Of a stretch of DNA of 64,000 nt, positions 1-12,254 are shown one piece after another. The position numbers were made by a program, and so were the translations under genes. This DNA comes from Nemertoderma westbladi (taxonomy: Eukaryota; Animalia; Xenacoelomorpha). Below the pieces are notes generated by a model. It had not been told where the DNA came from and made no database searches. It was given only the letters and a program-made list of their open reading frames with translations. The stretch lies in assembly GCA_032718475.1 (NCBI GenBank), contig JAUCBJ010001196.1, forward strand, positions 62,001 to 126,000, given 5' to 3'. The first letter of the stretch is position 1; the number at the start of each line of letters is the position of its first letter.

Positions 1-1065
1 TTCCATCTCCCGGACCTGCTGAGAGGAGCACTTGCGGTGTTCCCTCAACTGCCCGAGCAGGAGACCCATCTCCCATCGTCCCTCTGCTACCCACTCGACC
101 GCCGAAGCGGGAGTCGACAACGTAGTAGCGGGCGAGCGAGAGACAACGGGCGACAAATCATTAATATTTCGCTCGGAGTCCAGGACATGAACATTTTCAG
201 GGGTGGTTCTGTTGGGCACAGGTAGTTTCGTGCTGTGCAAAGGGAATTTAGAGGTAGGTTCTGGGAGTACAGGTGTCTCTATCACCGAAGGGGTTGCTTC
301 GAGAACAGGCCTAATTATTTCAGGTTTATCTACTATAGTAGGGAGTCTTTCTAATCTAATAATTTGGTCTGTGGGTTTTGTACTACCTAAGTCTACACTA
401 TCCAGTTGCATTCTCACCTCAGGAGGTAACGTCCGCTTGAGCATCCGTCTACGTCCGCTTGAACGAGATTTATTACCTCTACCTTCGGGATCTCGCATAT
501 CACCTTCATCGGAGGAGGCAAATCCCTGTCTTCTGGGAGTATATCGACACAGTAACCGTATCTGAGCTGTAATCAAAGCTGTCCTTTGTTTCTTCATGTA
601 TTCTTGTTCCGCCTGAAGTTTTTCCAGCTCTAGTTGGGTGGTCTCTTCAGATGCTCTTCGTTCTGCTTCTGCCACTGCTATCTTTCTTTCCGCTTCTATT
701 GCTGCAGCTGCCGCTTTTCTTTCCGCTTCTGCCGCTGCAGCTGCCGCTTTTCTTTCAGCCTCTGCCGCTGCTGCTGCCGATTTTCTATCAGCCGCTGCTG
801 CTTTCCTTTCAGATTCTGCCGTGGCCGCTGACCTTCGGTATTCTATTTGCCGTTGCTTTAATTGTCTATCCTTAACTAGCCTAGGGTCTGACACTACTAC
901 TGAAGGGATGACCTTTCCTACAGTAGGAGGGGACTTGGACTTTGGTCTGGGATGTTCTATACTTTGATCTTGGTCACAGATCCTTTCAAGACACTGTCCA
1001 AGTCTAAGACTCATTCTAACACCTTCCAAAAGACTATCTGACAGTGCCCGTTTTGTGTCAGACAT
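1..1065 (-). CDS. gag-like ORF N-terminus (355+ aa, open to the window edge), with AAAAEAERK coiled-coil repeats
   Basis: Manual translation from ATG at 1065 (MSDTKRALSDSLLEG...) has no stop down to base 1, so it is missing from the ORF track. The + strand SASAAA ORFs are its shadow. Confidence 0.7.
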   Translation of the reverse strand, partial: MSDTKRALSDSLLEGVRMSLRLGQCLERICDQDQSIEHPRPKSKSPPTVGKVIPSVVVSDPRLVKDRQLKQRQIEYRRSAATAESERKAAAADRKSAAAAAEAERKAAAAAAEAERKAAAAAIEAERKIAVAEAERRASEETTQLELEKLQAEQEYMKKQRTALITAQIRLLCRYTPRRQGFASSDEGDMRDPEGRGNKSRSSGRRRMLKRTLPPEVRMQLDSVDLGSTKPTDQIIRLERLPTIVDKPEIIRPVLEATPSVIETPVLPEPTSKFPLHSTKLPVPNRTTPENVHVLDSERNINDLSPVVSRSPATTLSTPASAVEWVAEGRWEMGLLLGQLREHRKCSSQQVREME

Positions 1066-1199
1066 ATTTGATTGTACAGTTGAATGCCTACTACTATAAC
1101 GACAGTTAAAGCAAGTCTAGTAATTCAGTATCAACTGTTAGCCTAGTAATTAATTAACGATATCGTTACTTTATGTAATGTGATATATATACAATATAT

Positions 1200-1395
1200 T
1201 AGAGTACCGGTATATACTTATAGTATATATAAGTATTATTACAGACTAGGTTTGTCACAGAATACCGGTATATAACTTACACTTATAGTATGTATAAGTA
1301 TAGTTATAGACTAGAATTAATTACAGAATACCGGTATATAATTTCAGCACAAATATATAGAAATATATAATAAGCCTATCGTGAATACCGGTATG
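1200..1395. repeat. Degenerate ~60-bp tandem repeats with an ACCGGTAT core, in the family C leader
   Basis: TACCGGTAT recurs at ~1205, 1263, 1329 and 1386. Confidence 0.6.
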
Positions 1396-2346
1396 TCAAT
1401 TATTTTAGAATAATTGAATTTCTGAATTTTAGGGTTACTTGGTTACTTTACCTTACTTTATTACCGTTATTTAAGCAGTAGTCCAACTGATATTAAGACC
1501 TAATTGATGTATGACAGGCCTACTATTTTATAAATCGGTTTGAGTTGATTTATAATATATATACCCGTTTTAATGGGTTTTGTCAATATTTGAAATAAAT
1601 GTTATTATTTCTGGGAAAGAGTCACTGCACAGAAGCTGTACGCTCTTAGTGAAGTGCTACTTGTTGGACACTAAAACAAATAATTCTAATTTGTCTAAGT
1701 TACTTAATACTACAAATTACGTACAATACGGGGTGAGATTACAATCTCTAAATAAACACAAAAATTACACGTACGAAATTTTAGGGTAATTTTACAAGAA
1801 GTCTACAAACCAGCCTAACAAGGGGTTAGAATATCTGGTTATTACAAACGGACAGGATACTACGGTATTTGAAAATAACAAAGCAGTAGTAAATATACTG
1901 CGTTGTCCAGATAGGAAAAATACCACCGTCTGACGACTTATAGCCGTGGCGCTATAAGTACTACGTTATGTATCACGGAGTGTTCCTACCTAGAAGTTAA
2001 TTACCGCGGTCTACCAGAACCAACGTGCCTATTAACCACTTTACAACACAAATATACTGCCTACACACTAATTACCTTCGGAAAGCACTGTACACTAAAC
2101 CCTAAATTAGGTACAAGTAGTTATACAACAAATAATCAGTAGTTAAAAATACTTGAACAGCTAAAAGAACCACGGTATCTGCCGGAGTGACCAAAGCATA
2201 AAAATCTCCAGTCTTTACCTACGCCAAGCAGCCCTGATGTAGTACCGGGGTTAGTTTAACTATAACGGTATATATAACAAGCACAATTACTGTAGGAATA
2301 AACTTGGGGGTATGAATGTTGCGAATAATCGCATAAACTCTGAATA

Positions 2347-2920
2347 ATAAATATTACGCTACGCGTACAGACTACTCAAACAAAATACAGACCAAACGCT
2401 GGCAGACTACTATCAAGCCTAAACAAATTACAGTATATGCAGACTCCGAAATGGTTAGTTAGTATGCGTTCTAACCGAGTAGTACGACTTATTCTTTCAG
2501 GGGGATTTACCTTACAGCACTGGATGCCACCCACTTTCCTAACTAGTACTTTATCGGACATACACTCTACACACACCGCAATCTCTTCAGACCTAACAAC
2601 AGCCAGGCAACAATCCAGCCTACAAATTATCTAAATAAGAAATATTACGCTACCCGTACAGACTACACAAACAAAATACAGACCAAACGCTGGCAGACTA
2701 CTATCAAGCCTAAACAACTACAGTATATGAAGACTCCGAAATGGTTAGTTAGTATGCGTTCTAACCGAGTAGTACAACTTATTCTTTCGGGGGGATTTAC
2801 CTTACAGCACTGGAAGCCCACCACGTTCCTAACTAGTACTTTATCGGACATACACTCTACACACACTGCAATCCCTTCAGACTTAACAACAGTCAGACAA
2901 CAGTCCAGCCTACAAATTAC
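2347..2920. repeat. Tandem duplication of ~290 bp in the family C leader
   Basis: AAATATTACGCTAC...GCCTACAAATTA occurs at ~2349-2629 and ~2640-2919. This explains the paired ORFs 2437/2727. Confidence 0.9.
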
Positions 2921-3262
2921 CTGTACAATCTGAGCAGGCTTACACGTCTTCTGCTCAATATTAACTTACAAATAACTAAAACTGACAGAAATAGGCCTAA
3001 GTAAAATCCCAATAAAAACCAGGCGTCCCCGATTAAATATTAAAACCTACCGGTATATAATTATCAAAATCGAATAATACTGCTGTACCTGTACTGCTGT
3101 AAGTACCGGTTCGGGTAGTTAGGCAGTCAGGCCTACTAGTTACCGGTCGACCGGTACTTTAGACTGTATTTATTGCCTACACTGCAATCAGAACTTCATA
3201 ACTGTTATTGTTCTTACCAGAACAATAGACAACTATATTTCTGTTATTGTAATAACTGTTAT

Positions 3263-4405
3263 TGTTCGCGCTTTCAGACCTTTAGCAGTTTAACCTGCCA
3301 AATTTAAGTGTCTTCTAGATTTTAAATCGACTTTAGCCTATGACGAGTATTTGATACACTACATTAGCCGAAGCCAGTCTATGCGCGACCATTCACCCGC
3401 TGGATATACCCGGGAGACTGGATTCGGAAGCTTTGACCTTATTGCGGTGTAGGCCTACTGTATTATTCGACTGATCGTTAATATATAATCTCTGACAAAT
3501 ATTGTTCACTTTCGGGAAATATCAACAGTTCCTTTAGGACGTGGTGCTCTAAGTATGTAAACAGAGTTATGACTTACACTAGACACAACGGGATGGCTAT
3601 TGATTCACGTATAAAGCGCATTCTTTAGGAGATGCTTTGTTATCAGTCACAATCATGCACACTACTGCACAATGCTGCACACCGATCTGCCGACCTTCAC
3701 TAATTTTAGTCACATATAAAGAGAACAGCAACCGACATATGTAGTGCCTATGAAATAGCATTAGATTCACTCCAAAACCAATATAATGTGAGTCGCAATT
3801 GTTATATGTAACCGGTCTCTCTAACCTTCAGTATATCAAGAAGATTGGGGTTTTCTGATTTTATCGATATTATCCAAATATAACAAGATTCCATCAACTG
3901 ATATAATTAATAACCGACAGTAAATAGCAGTAAAATAATGCAGTGTTTGTATGTGACAATTTGATTCGATTTAAATTGTGATATGCAGTGATAACAGTTA
4001 TACGTTTCTATGATCAAAGCCTACTAATGTTTGGCTAAAGTCTGAAACGCAGAATCATTCCACAGCCGGTGTTCTAGGCTTAGGAAAAATACACACACTG
4101 ACTGAATTACGTAAGTTTCTGTATACAATGTCCAACACAGAGTGAAAACCGCTCTGATTGGTCGACCGAACAAAGAACGAACAAAGAACAAAGAAAAAGT
4201 TACACGTGGACACAGCTAATAGATGTCGTCATCTGAGTTCCGATGTTTAGAGTATTTGATCTTATTGCGGAGAAAAATGGCTTTTTATGTCCGCTAAAGC
4301 ACACATGCAGACATAGCGGGCAAAATCGCTTGTTATGTCCGCTAAAATACCTACTCGGTATATTGCGGAGAAAAATAGCTTGTTACATCCGCAAAAGCTT
4401 TTACA
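3263..4405 (-). repeat. Family C 5' LTR (TGTAAAAGCTTTTGCGGA...GAAAGCGCGAACA)
   Basis: Both termini match the LTR at 49617-50733; TG...CA ends; diverged interior; three ~50-bp subrepeats near 4263-4400. Confidence 0.8.
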
Positions 4406-4804
4406 AGTACAATAGTGTAAGGTGAAGATAATAATATATGTTAAACTTAGTGTATTTGCTCTTTTTGGTGAAATTTGATTAAAATTTAAATAAAACCCAT
4501 TTTAAATTTTATTAATGAATTTTTTGTTTCTTTTTGCACTTTCTACCCCCACTAAATCGACAATTGCGCTTCTAATGAGCTCACCCATGACCTGTTAGCC
4601 CCAGCAGAAGTGAAGATAATGTAAATTTTCAATAATATTTTTTGCACGGTAGATTAAATATGAGTGAAAAACAAAGTGCTACTGGGGTCACATGTTCCAA
4701 ATATTTTTTTTTCCTAAAATTTTGTCCACGTGTTATGGAAACATAACCTCACCCTTTGGGTGAGTTCCTAAGTAATTCGCGGACTTTTGATTTTTATGGC
4801 ACAC

Positions 4805-6432
4805 CCTAGCCTACATAGAGGCTACATGTAGGTATGTGTATCCTACATAAGGCTACATGTAGGTATGTGTAGCTTACATAGAGGCTACATGTAGGTATCT
4901 GTAGCATACATAGAGGCTACATGTAGGTATGTGTAGCCTACATGTAGGTGCATGTGTAGGGTGAATGTAGGTAGGTGTAGGTAGGTCTTTAAAAACAACA
5001 ATGATGAATGAATAGGCCTACGCGGGGTACCCGGACCGGACTTCCTCGAGGAGATGTGAATGTCGCGAACAGGGGTAGCCGGAATACCCACGAGGCGGAG
5101 CCAATCAATTCTACGATACTGACAAAGGAAGAAAACGACTGAACGATATACCGATACATACTGTCAGACTGTAGATCTTATGATCCTGCGGGTTTCAGGC
5201 ATGGAGGATAATGAATTTGTATGGGCCGAACATGAAGTTTCCAGTCAAGGAGGAATCGACCAATGGTTAGGGTTAACGCTCGTCATGAGGGTCTCAGGAT
5301 GAGTAGGTGATTCAACAAAACGCTAACAATAAACGCTAACGGACGGACTGAACCAGTGGCGAGGTAATGTATTTATATATGAAGTATTAATTATTGTTAG
5401 TAGATGTTTTATTTATTATATTGGTTTATTAAATTATGTCTTCAATGTCATTGATTATATTGTGTTTTGATTTTACTTATTCTTCATTTTATAAATCTTG
5501 CTGTGGCCGTTTTAATCTACTGTAATCTGCCGTGTCAATTTCATGATATTTTAATGGATATGCAATTTAACTTCTTCTTTCTTTTAACTTTCAATGCAAT
5601 AAAATATAACTGTAAAGCTATTGACTTTCGTTTATTGTTTTGGTGTTAATTCGAGATGGGATTTGAATCCCATCGGATTACTGATTAATTCCCATCATCG
5701 AGATGGGAATACTCTATAATGAAACAGTGTGGTGGTCCGCGGGATAGTGGGAAGGGATGGGACTGTTGCTGGTTGGTGGAATGTGACTCCTGAAAAATTA
5801 AAACAATCAAAACTTCCAGACTTCTATATTTTTACTTTCAAAATAAAACATCCAAAACATTTCAATGCTGAAGTACTGTTCAAGTCCCATTGGGGTTTAC
5901 GCCTGTAAGGTTGATAAAGAGGGGCATAGGGGGTCTGAGTTGCTGGTAGACTAGGCCCTATACAGTAGTCCTGTAGTCCCCGCGATGATGGCTGTTTAGG
6001 TTACTCAATAAACATATAGATTAGATCGAGTTAATCTAATGGAACGATGCCTTTCGTGGCGTAAGCATACTCAAATTATTAATATTTATGACGAGTAAGA
6101 GACTTTAGCCGTGGCCCCGTGGCTCAAGACTCTTACTCGTCATAAATATTAATAACCAGAACGCGATGTTTGATGTTTATACAGTATGCAGTAAAACCTG
6201 TTGCCTGTTGTCTGACAGCAGACAGGTCTGCAGGTTGATGTACCGTATTGTATCATGGCGATCAGAGATTGCCATTACATCCTGATTGACGACCGCGTGT
6301 ATCACGTTACTGCAAGTTGACACATAAAATACATTAATATCTATGGGACTACACCTACCTACATTCACCCCACACGTGTATCTTCTACATGTAGGCTACA
6401 CCTACCTACATGTAGTCTCTATGTAGGGTATA
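4805..6432. repeat. Inverted arms built from a ~32-bp CTACATGTAG minisatellite (4805-4985 and 6345-6432); possible foldback element
   Basis: GGGTGAATGTAGGTAGGTGTAG (~4959-4980) is the reverse complement of CTACACCTACCTACATTCACCC (~6349-6370). Confidence 0.6.
6076..6155. repeat. 80-bp hairpin or miniature inverted-repeat element
   Basis: Perfect 26-bp arms TTATTAATATTTATGACGAGTAAGAG (6076-6101) and CTCTTACTCGTCATAAATATTAATAA (6130-6155). Confidence 0.85.
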
Positions 6433-7171
6433 CCTCTACGCAAAAAATATAACCTTTTGCTTCAGTTGAATATGTTAGCGTATCCATTCGCTGCACCACC
6501 CAGTAAGAAAATGGGGAACTGTGATTTACGAATCACAACCAAGTATGCAATATCACCCAAAAGTAATATTGCATACCAGAAGGAGACGGGGCAATAATGC
6601 CAGTTTGGAGAAGACACAAACACATCTCAGGGAGAAGCTAGCATAGGGCGAGGGGAGATAGGGAGTGGCTAAAGAGTAAACCAACCGCTGGTGGGGCGGC
6701 ACTCCATCAATTAGCGCGCATCTATTGGTAGGTCGATAAAGTAGGTAGTGTATGTAATCTTCCATGCAATATCTATATAACTGTTACTCAGTGTTAATTA
6801 TGATTCAGTTGGCTATTAACCAGTGTAGGAGTCAAACGGTTTTAACCGTCGTCGTTACTGCTATTATTGTGCAATACTGATCGTGCTGTTATACCGGCAC
6901 TTATTTATCAGACAACATTATCATTACTGTAAACGAAACTCTGTGTTATTGTTACACCAGCCTTCGGCCTTTCAGTCCCTTGAATCACACTAGGCAGACG
7001 CAGCGACGTGTATCGACACACGACAAACACCGGTCGGAATACACTTGCCAACTGGGATCCCATCACAGAATATCCTTATATCCACCTCTAAAACATAGAA
7101 TTATATCAGTATAAATGGGTTTTCATATTTATTACATGTAGGCCGTATCATTATTATTTATTTTACAAAAG

Positions 7172-7378
7172 GTGTACGTGACCAACAGCAATGACATAAC
7201 AATCTTGAACGGTATTGGCTCCAGTTCAGAAGTACCATGTGGTATAATCACCCAAGGAACACCGCAACTAACTGTCATCAATTGTGTTGGTAATGTTGGT
7301 CGCTACATTGTTCTCTTCAATGATAATATCGACACTTTAAATTTCTGCGAAGTCATGGTTTATATCTTTGGAGTTTAA
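7172..7378 (+). CDS. Terminal exon encoding the C-terminal half of an F-type lectin (fucolectin-like) domain; possibly pseudogenic
   Basis: Acceptor ...TTTTACAAAAG at 7171. Peptide PCG...INCVGNVGRYIVL...LNFCEVMV fits the F-lectin C..GRYV..L..CEVEV pattern. Confidence 0.65.
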   Translation: MYVTNSNDITILNGIGSSSEVPCGIITQGTPQLTVINCVGNVGRYIVLFNDNIDTLNFCEVMVYIFGV

Positions 7379-8153
7379 TTTACAGGTGGGGAGATTAATG
7401 ATGCTGCCATTGTATTCCTTGTATCACTTAACTTTATTTTATTCATTACAGTGATATGCATTATAGAAGGGACACTATCAAAACAAAAACAAGTTTTGCA
7501 TTACTAAATTAGTGTTATATATACAGTATAATATAGTCAATATTTTTTATTATTATTTTCTTCTCTGAGTGTTACAAAAGAAATGGAAATTCTGCATTCG
7601 AGATGCTAAAATTAGTCTACTAAAACAAATATTAGTTATAATAATAGTTGTTGATTGTACATGACGAATGAGATAAAATTTGATAATTTCTACCGATAAT
7701 ATTTTTCACATTTCCCTGGGTCAATATATAAGAATAATAAGAAAGTGTAATATCCAAGATATCGAACATTTTTTCTCTCGACCAAAACCTGTTTTTCTCC
7801 TTATATTTGTTAGAATTGTAACAGAATAAACTTTTTTAAATATATTTTATGAATAATATTTGTTCATTGATTTCATGTTATGTAATATATTATTTGCAGA
7901 GCGAATCTCAAAGACTTCGAACTCTTCCTTATCAAAGAAATGGACCGGGGAAGAGCATTTTATCTGTCCTTATGTGTAACAACTGTATGTGTACTACACA
8001 TAGTGAAGAGAATAACATGCGTTTTGGCTAGAATAGCCCTGAATTATCTATACTAATGTCCATAAGTGTTCTGAACAAAATAAGAATACTAATATTATTG
8101 TAGTTATATCGATGACTTCTAGAATACTGATGTATTCAGGATGCATCACTTAA

Positions 8154-8343
8154 GGCCGCGTTCACACCGTGTCGAAGTCAAATTCAAAAGTCTAGGTCCA
8201 AAGAAAATTAATATAGCTAGAAATAATAAATAATAATACATTATATAATACTGTATAATACATTAGGGCATGCTAGAAAAAATTAAATTTCATGTGATGT
8301 GTTTTACGTCTTTTGACTTTGACTCATTAGTGTGAACGCGGCC
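8154..8343. mobile_element. PIF/Harbinger-type MITE
   Basis: TIR GGCCGCGTTCACAC / GTGTGAACGCGGCC, flanked by TAA on both sides (8151-8153, 8344-8346). Confidence 0.85.
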
Positions 8344-8559
8344 TAATACAGCATTAAGTTTATAGAGGATCCTAGAAGATTCTGGTTTATTCTAGGAAAT
8401 TAATAAATACACGAGTGTGTGGGAGGTGACTTCGTGCAGCAGAAGCTGCAAGCAATCTTAGCGAACAATTATAATTATACTATGGCTAGTTATATATTCT
8501 GATATTGGCTTCCGACACCCCCCTTTGGAAAACGGCCATAGTATAATAATTATCCTTAT

Positions 8560-9830
8560 GGCCAATTCCACGGTGTCGGACGTTACGGACACGGTTTCGG
8601 TCGGGCTCGATTTTTGAATGTTTTTCTTTAAATTTACGAAAATACTTGAATTTTTGACATCAGATTGCGTTGAATAAATGAGACAATTTATAAATCTTTC
8701 AGAATATCGCAAATACTCTGCATTGGGAAACGTTATTGTTCTTAAACTGTTGACTTTTAAAAAGGTGCGTCGGACGTTACAAAAATAGGACACTTTTTAA
8801 AGTACATATTTTACTTTTGATTGCAATTAATGCCGAAGAGTGGTATGTTATTATTTTTGGGCTCAAAATGTAGCTCAACTATTCTATTTTTCGAAAAGGT
8901 TTTCTAAATTGCACTGCAGATCTTTTGAAGTCAACATTTGCAATGCAAATTTGTGCGGAATGGTGTCGGACGTTACGTGTTGGACGTTACATAAATATTT
9001 GCAATATTTAGCCACCTCTGTCGGCTTTATTTTCCGTCTTTGGAATGTAATCTAGATATCATTAGAACCGCCTTCATCCGCAGATTCCGAATCTGAAAAC
9101 CATTTTAAATTTCACCAACAATTGCCAAATATAATATCTAAATACCAAGGTGTGAATTTTGAGTCGAAAATCGCAATTTTTGGAACCTTTATTGATGCCT
9201 TTTACACTATACACTGCAATTTAGACATTAAATACATAATAATTAAATTACATAATAATAATGTCGGACGTTACAAGTGTCGGACGTTACAATGTGTCGG
9301 ACATTACAAACTTCTTTCACTGAAATCACAGCCTTTATGGTAGCCTGGATTGCTGTAAATGGCACAAGAGACGCCATCTTACGTCGGCATTGAGTCATTT
9401 TATTTCGATATGGTTTGCTAAACAATAGAGAAGTATTTGAGAAAAAATGTAAAAAATGTGTCGGACGTTACAATTGGATACAGGTAGCTTTTAATGCTTA
9501 TTGTATGAGAAGCGTTCTATGTTTATGGCGTAGAACTACCTCATTGGAATGTGCATTTACGGCTGATTACAATGATACCAAGGATAGCCTATATGGATAA
9601 ACAGTAACAAAAAATATTTCGCCTTTGGTATTTTTTTTTTTGGTTTTTACATTAGTCTTGATGATGGTCGATATAATCGCAAAATTTCCTATTTTATACC
9701 CTCAAATCAATGTAAATTTTGTCAAAAAATTCGAAAAATTTATGAAATTTTACCCAATAAATCATGACATATTGCTTATTTTTTAAAGTTTTTTTTTTCA
9801 TATCGTTTCCCATTTTCTGTGGAAATGCCC
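8560..9830. mobile_element. Non-autonomous DNA transposon with a 4-bp TSD (possibly Sola-like)
   Basis: Imperfect TIR GGCCAATTCCAC / GTGGAAATGCCC; TTAT on both flanks (8556-8559, 9831-9834); about 8 internal TCGGACGTTAC-like motifs. Superfamily is a guess. Confidence 0.6.
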
Positions 9831-10064
9831 TTATACAAATATGAAACGAAACAAAAATTAATTCTTATTATATATATAATATAATTAATTATAAAAGTTC
9901 GCTGATGATTCGCAGTTCTGACTCGCCCAACAATAATTGTATTGTATAATTCTACTATAATAGCTACATTATACCAACTATATTTTAATTTGATTTGTTT
10001 GTGTTTAGTATGTGTTTATTTATTTAGTATGCCTACTAATGTAGTACTTCTTAGTACAGGCTCC

Positions 10065-10590
10065 AACCTATGACCCCGTAGGAATCCTAGAGTTATGAAA
10101 GATTATTTTTTATATGATTAATTTAATGGCATATTTAGTTTTTTTTAAATACCATAGCAACCAAGTTAAAACGACCTACATTGTTGGATGTATTCGCAAT
10201 GTATTAGCAATGGGCTTTAAACGTGCATAATGCATAATATGCAGTGGTCGTAGCGTCATGGGATCAGAATCTACCACCAAGATATCAAGTATAAGGAACA
10301 ATATCCACTATTTTTCAGTTTCTAGTTGCCATGGCAACGGGTAACTTTGACTAGAAACGGGCTATATATTAGCGGTAGCGTCATTAAATCAACATCCACC
10401 CCCCGCATATCGATTTTTAGGAAAAATTTGCAATGTCTTAGTTCTAGATGCCATGGCAACCCGTCAGAATTGTTGACAAAGTAAACAAAACCAAACTTTC
10501 AAAAAACTAAATATGCCATTAAATTCTTCATATCCAAAATAGTAATCTTCCATAAATTTTATCTCATCATATCTACTATGGGTTGTTGCT
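10065..10590. mobile_element. MITE-like element with long imperfect inverted arms
   Basis: AATTTAATGGCATATTTAGTTTTTT (~10120-10144) pairs with AAAAAACTAAATATGCCATTAAATT (10501-10525); internal CCATGGCAAC motifs. Ends approximate. Confidence 0.55.
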
Positions 10591-10671
10591 ATAGTATTTT
10601 CCTCCGTTGTTATGTTTAAGACCCTCTAAAAAACGAGCGCAACTGTTTGGAGTAGTCTACCCAAATTTTAA

Positions 10672-10745
10672 GGTCCGTGTAGTGAGACCTTGGTAGAGCT
10701 TTGGACTTGAAATCTCTAGGTACCGAGTTCAATCCCGCTTTCAGT
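10672..10745 (+). other. Degenerate tRNA-derived (SINE-head-like) sequence
   Basis: TGGTAGAGC D-arm-like motif, CTTGAAA loop and GAGTTCAATCC B-box-like motif at tRNA spacing. The stems pair poorly, so it is not called a tRNA. Confidence 0.35.
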
Positions 10746-11619
10746 AATTTTTTGGTTGTAACATTGGTAGTAAGCCATTCCTCAAGGAGACAGTTCATGA
10801 GTTAGTAGTAGCAGACGCGGTCCTTTGTGCGATTTCGCGCTTGTTTCTAATGTCCCATATCTATACTGAATTGGAGTTTGAAGCTTCGTAGTTAAAAAAC
10901 CCAATGTGCTTCCCAAGACATTAATTTTAAATAGGAAATTCATTCACCACGGGTTTAACTAAAGATATTATTCAGTTACAATATTATTGGATAATGGCGA
11001 ACCAAACCAACCATTTCCATTCTTGAAGCCACAGTTAATTGATAGCTAGCCAATAAACCGTGAGGCTTACGGCAGTAGATAGGCTTGTAGTAATGCAGTT
11101 TAATTAATTAACTTCTATCGAATAAGGACATGGCCCGGGTAAGGAGAGTGGAAGTTGGTAAATAATGTATGCCGGCTGATGGTTTAAAGGTGAATCTAAT
11201 TATGTTGGAGGCCATTGTGTTTGTATCACGTTCAAGCGCACAGTTAACATGGGTTTAACGGAAACTCTGGAGATACCGCCCTTTGATTGAGGTGATAATT
11301 AATTTTGTTGATACAACCTCCGATTCAGCCATTCACGAGAGATATTGTTTTTGGTTTCGGCCAATCCTGATATTAATTATGTTTGACTGACAGTTTGGGG
11401 TCAACTTTGGCGTCACTTCCTAGAATAACCAGGATTTTTTTGTATAAAAGGAACCCAGCCCACATTGTGTGACCTTGTCATTTTAATAGATTACTTCGGT
11501 ATGAGATTTACGCCCAAAAGTTTTGTAGATTGTGACAATAACTGGCTTCTTGACGGCCCTTTTTGGACAGTTTTGGAGAGGACATCAGCAGAGTTGGAGT
11601 TTGTTTTCAGCAAAGCCAA

Positions 11620-12254
11620 TATGAGGGACACAAACATTAATGAGGGACACACATTAATGAGGGACACAAACATTAATGAGGGACACACATTAATGAGGGA
11701 CACACATTAATAAGGGACACAAACATTAATGAGGGACACACATTAATGAGGGACACAAACATTAATGAGGGACACAAACATTAATGAGGGACACAAAAAT
11801 TAATGAGGGACACACATTAATGAGGGACACAAACATTAATGAGGGACACAAACATTAATGAGGGACACAAACATTAATGAGGGACACACATTAATGAGGG
11901 ACGAAAACATTAATGAGGGACAAAAACATTAATGAGGGACACAAACATTAATGAGGGACACAAACATTAATGAGGGACACAAACATTAATGAGGGACACA
12001 CATTAATGAGGGACACAAACATTAATGAGGGACACAAACATTAATGAGGGACACACATTAATGAGGGATACAAACATTAATGAGGGACACACATTAATGA
12101 GGGACACACATTAATGAGGGACACAAACATTAATGAGGGACACACATTAATGAGGGACACAAACATTAATGAGGGACACAAACATTAATGAGGGACACAA
12201 ACATTAATGAGGAACACAAACATTAATTAGGGAAACAAACATTAATGAGGGACA
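11620..12254 (+). repeat. Minisatellite of mixed 19-bp (AATGAGGGACACAAACATT) and 17-bp (AATGAGGGACACACATT) units, roughly 35 copies
   Basis: Direct head-to-tail tandem array with no unique spacers. Confidence 0.97.

Larger units (their letters stand above)
1..4405 (-). mobile_element. 5' part of a BEL/Pao family C LTR retrotransposon (5' LTR, ~2.2 kb leader, start of gag), running off the window start
   Basis: 3263-4405 is the reverse-complement homologue of the PPT-preceded LTR at 49617-50733. 1725-2295 is the reverse-complement homologue of 39121-39690, which is joined to a BEL-type integrase. The BEL assignment is inferred through those links. Confidence 0.75.

Noticed and set aside
203-967. 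+ strand Ala/Ser/Cys-rich ORFs
   Set aside because: Antisense shadows of the minus-strand ORF 1-1065.
2376-2933. Duplicated small genes
   Set aside because: Products of a tandem duplication in a non-coding leader; no evidence of coding constraint.
10672-10745. Functional tRNA gene
   Set aside because: Acceptor and anticodon stems do not pair; kept only as a low-confidence tRNA-derived relic.
11620-12254. CRISPR-like array
   Set aside because: Units are head-to-tail with no unique spacers, there are no cas genes, and the context is eukaryotic.
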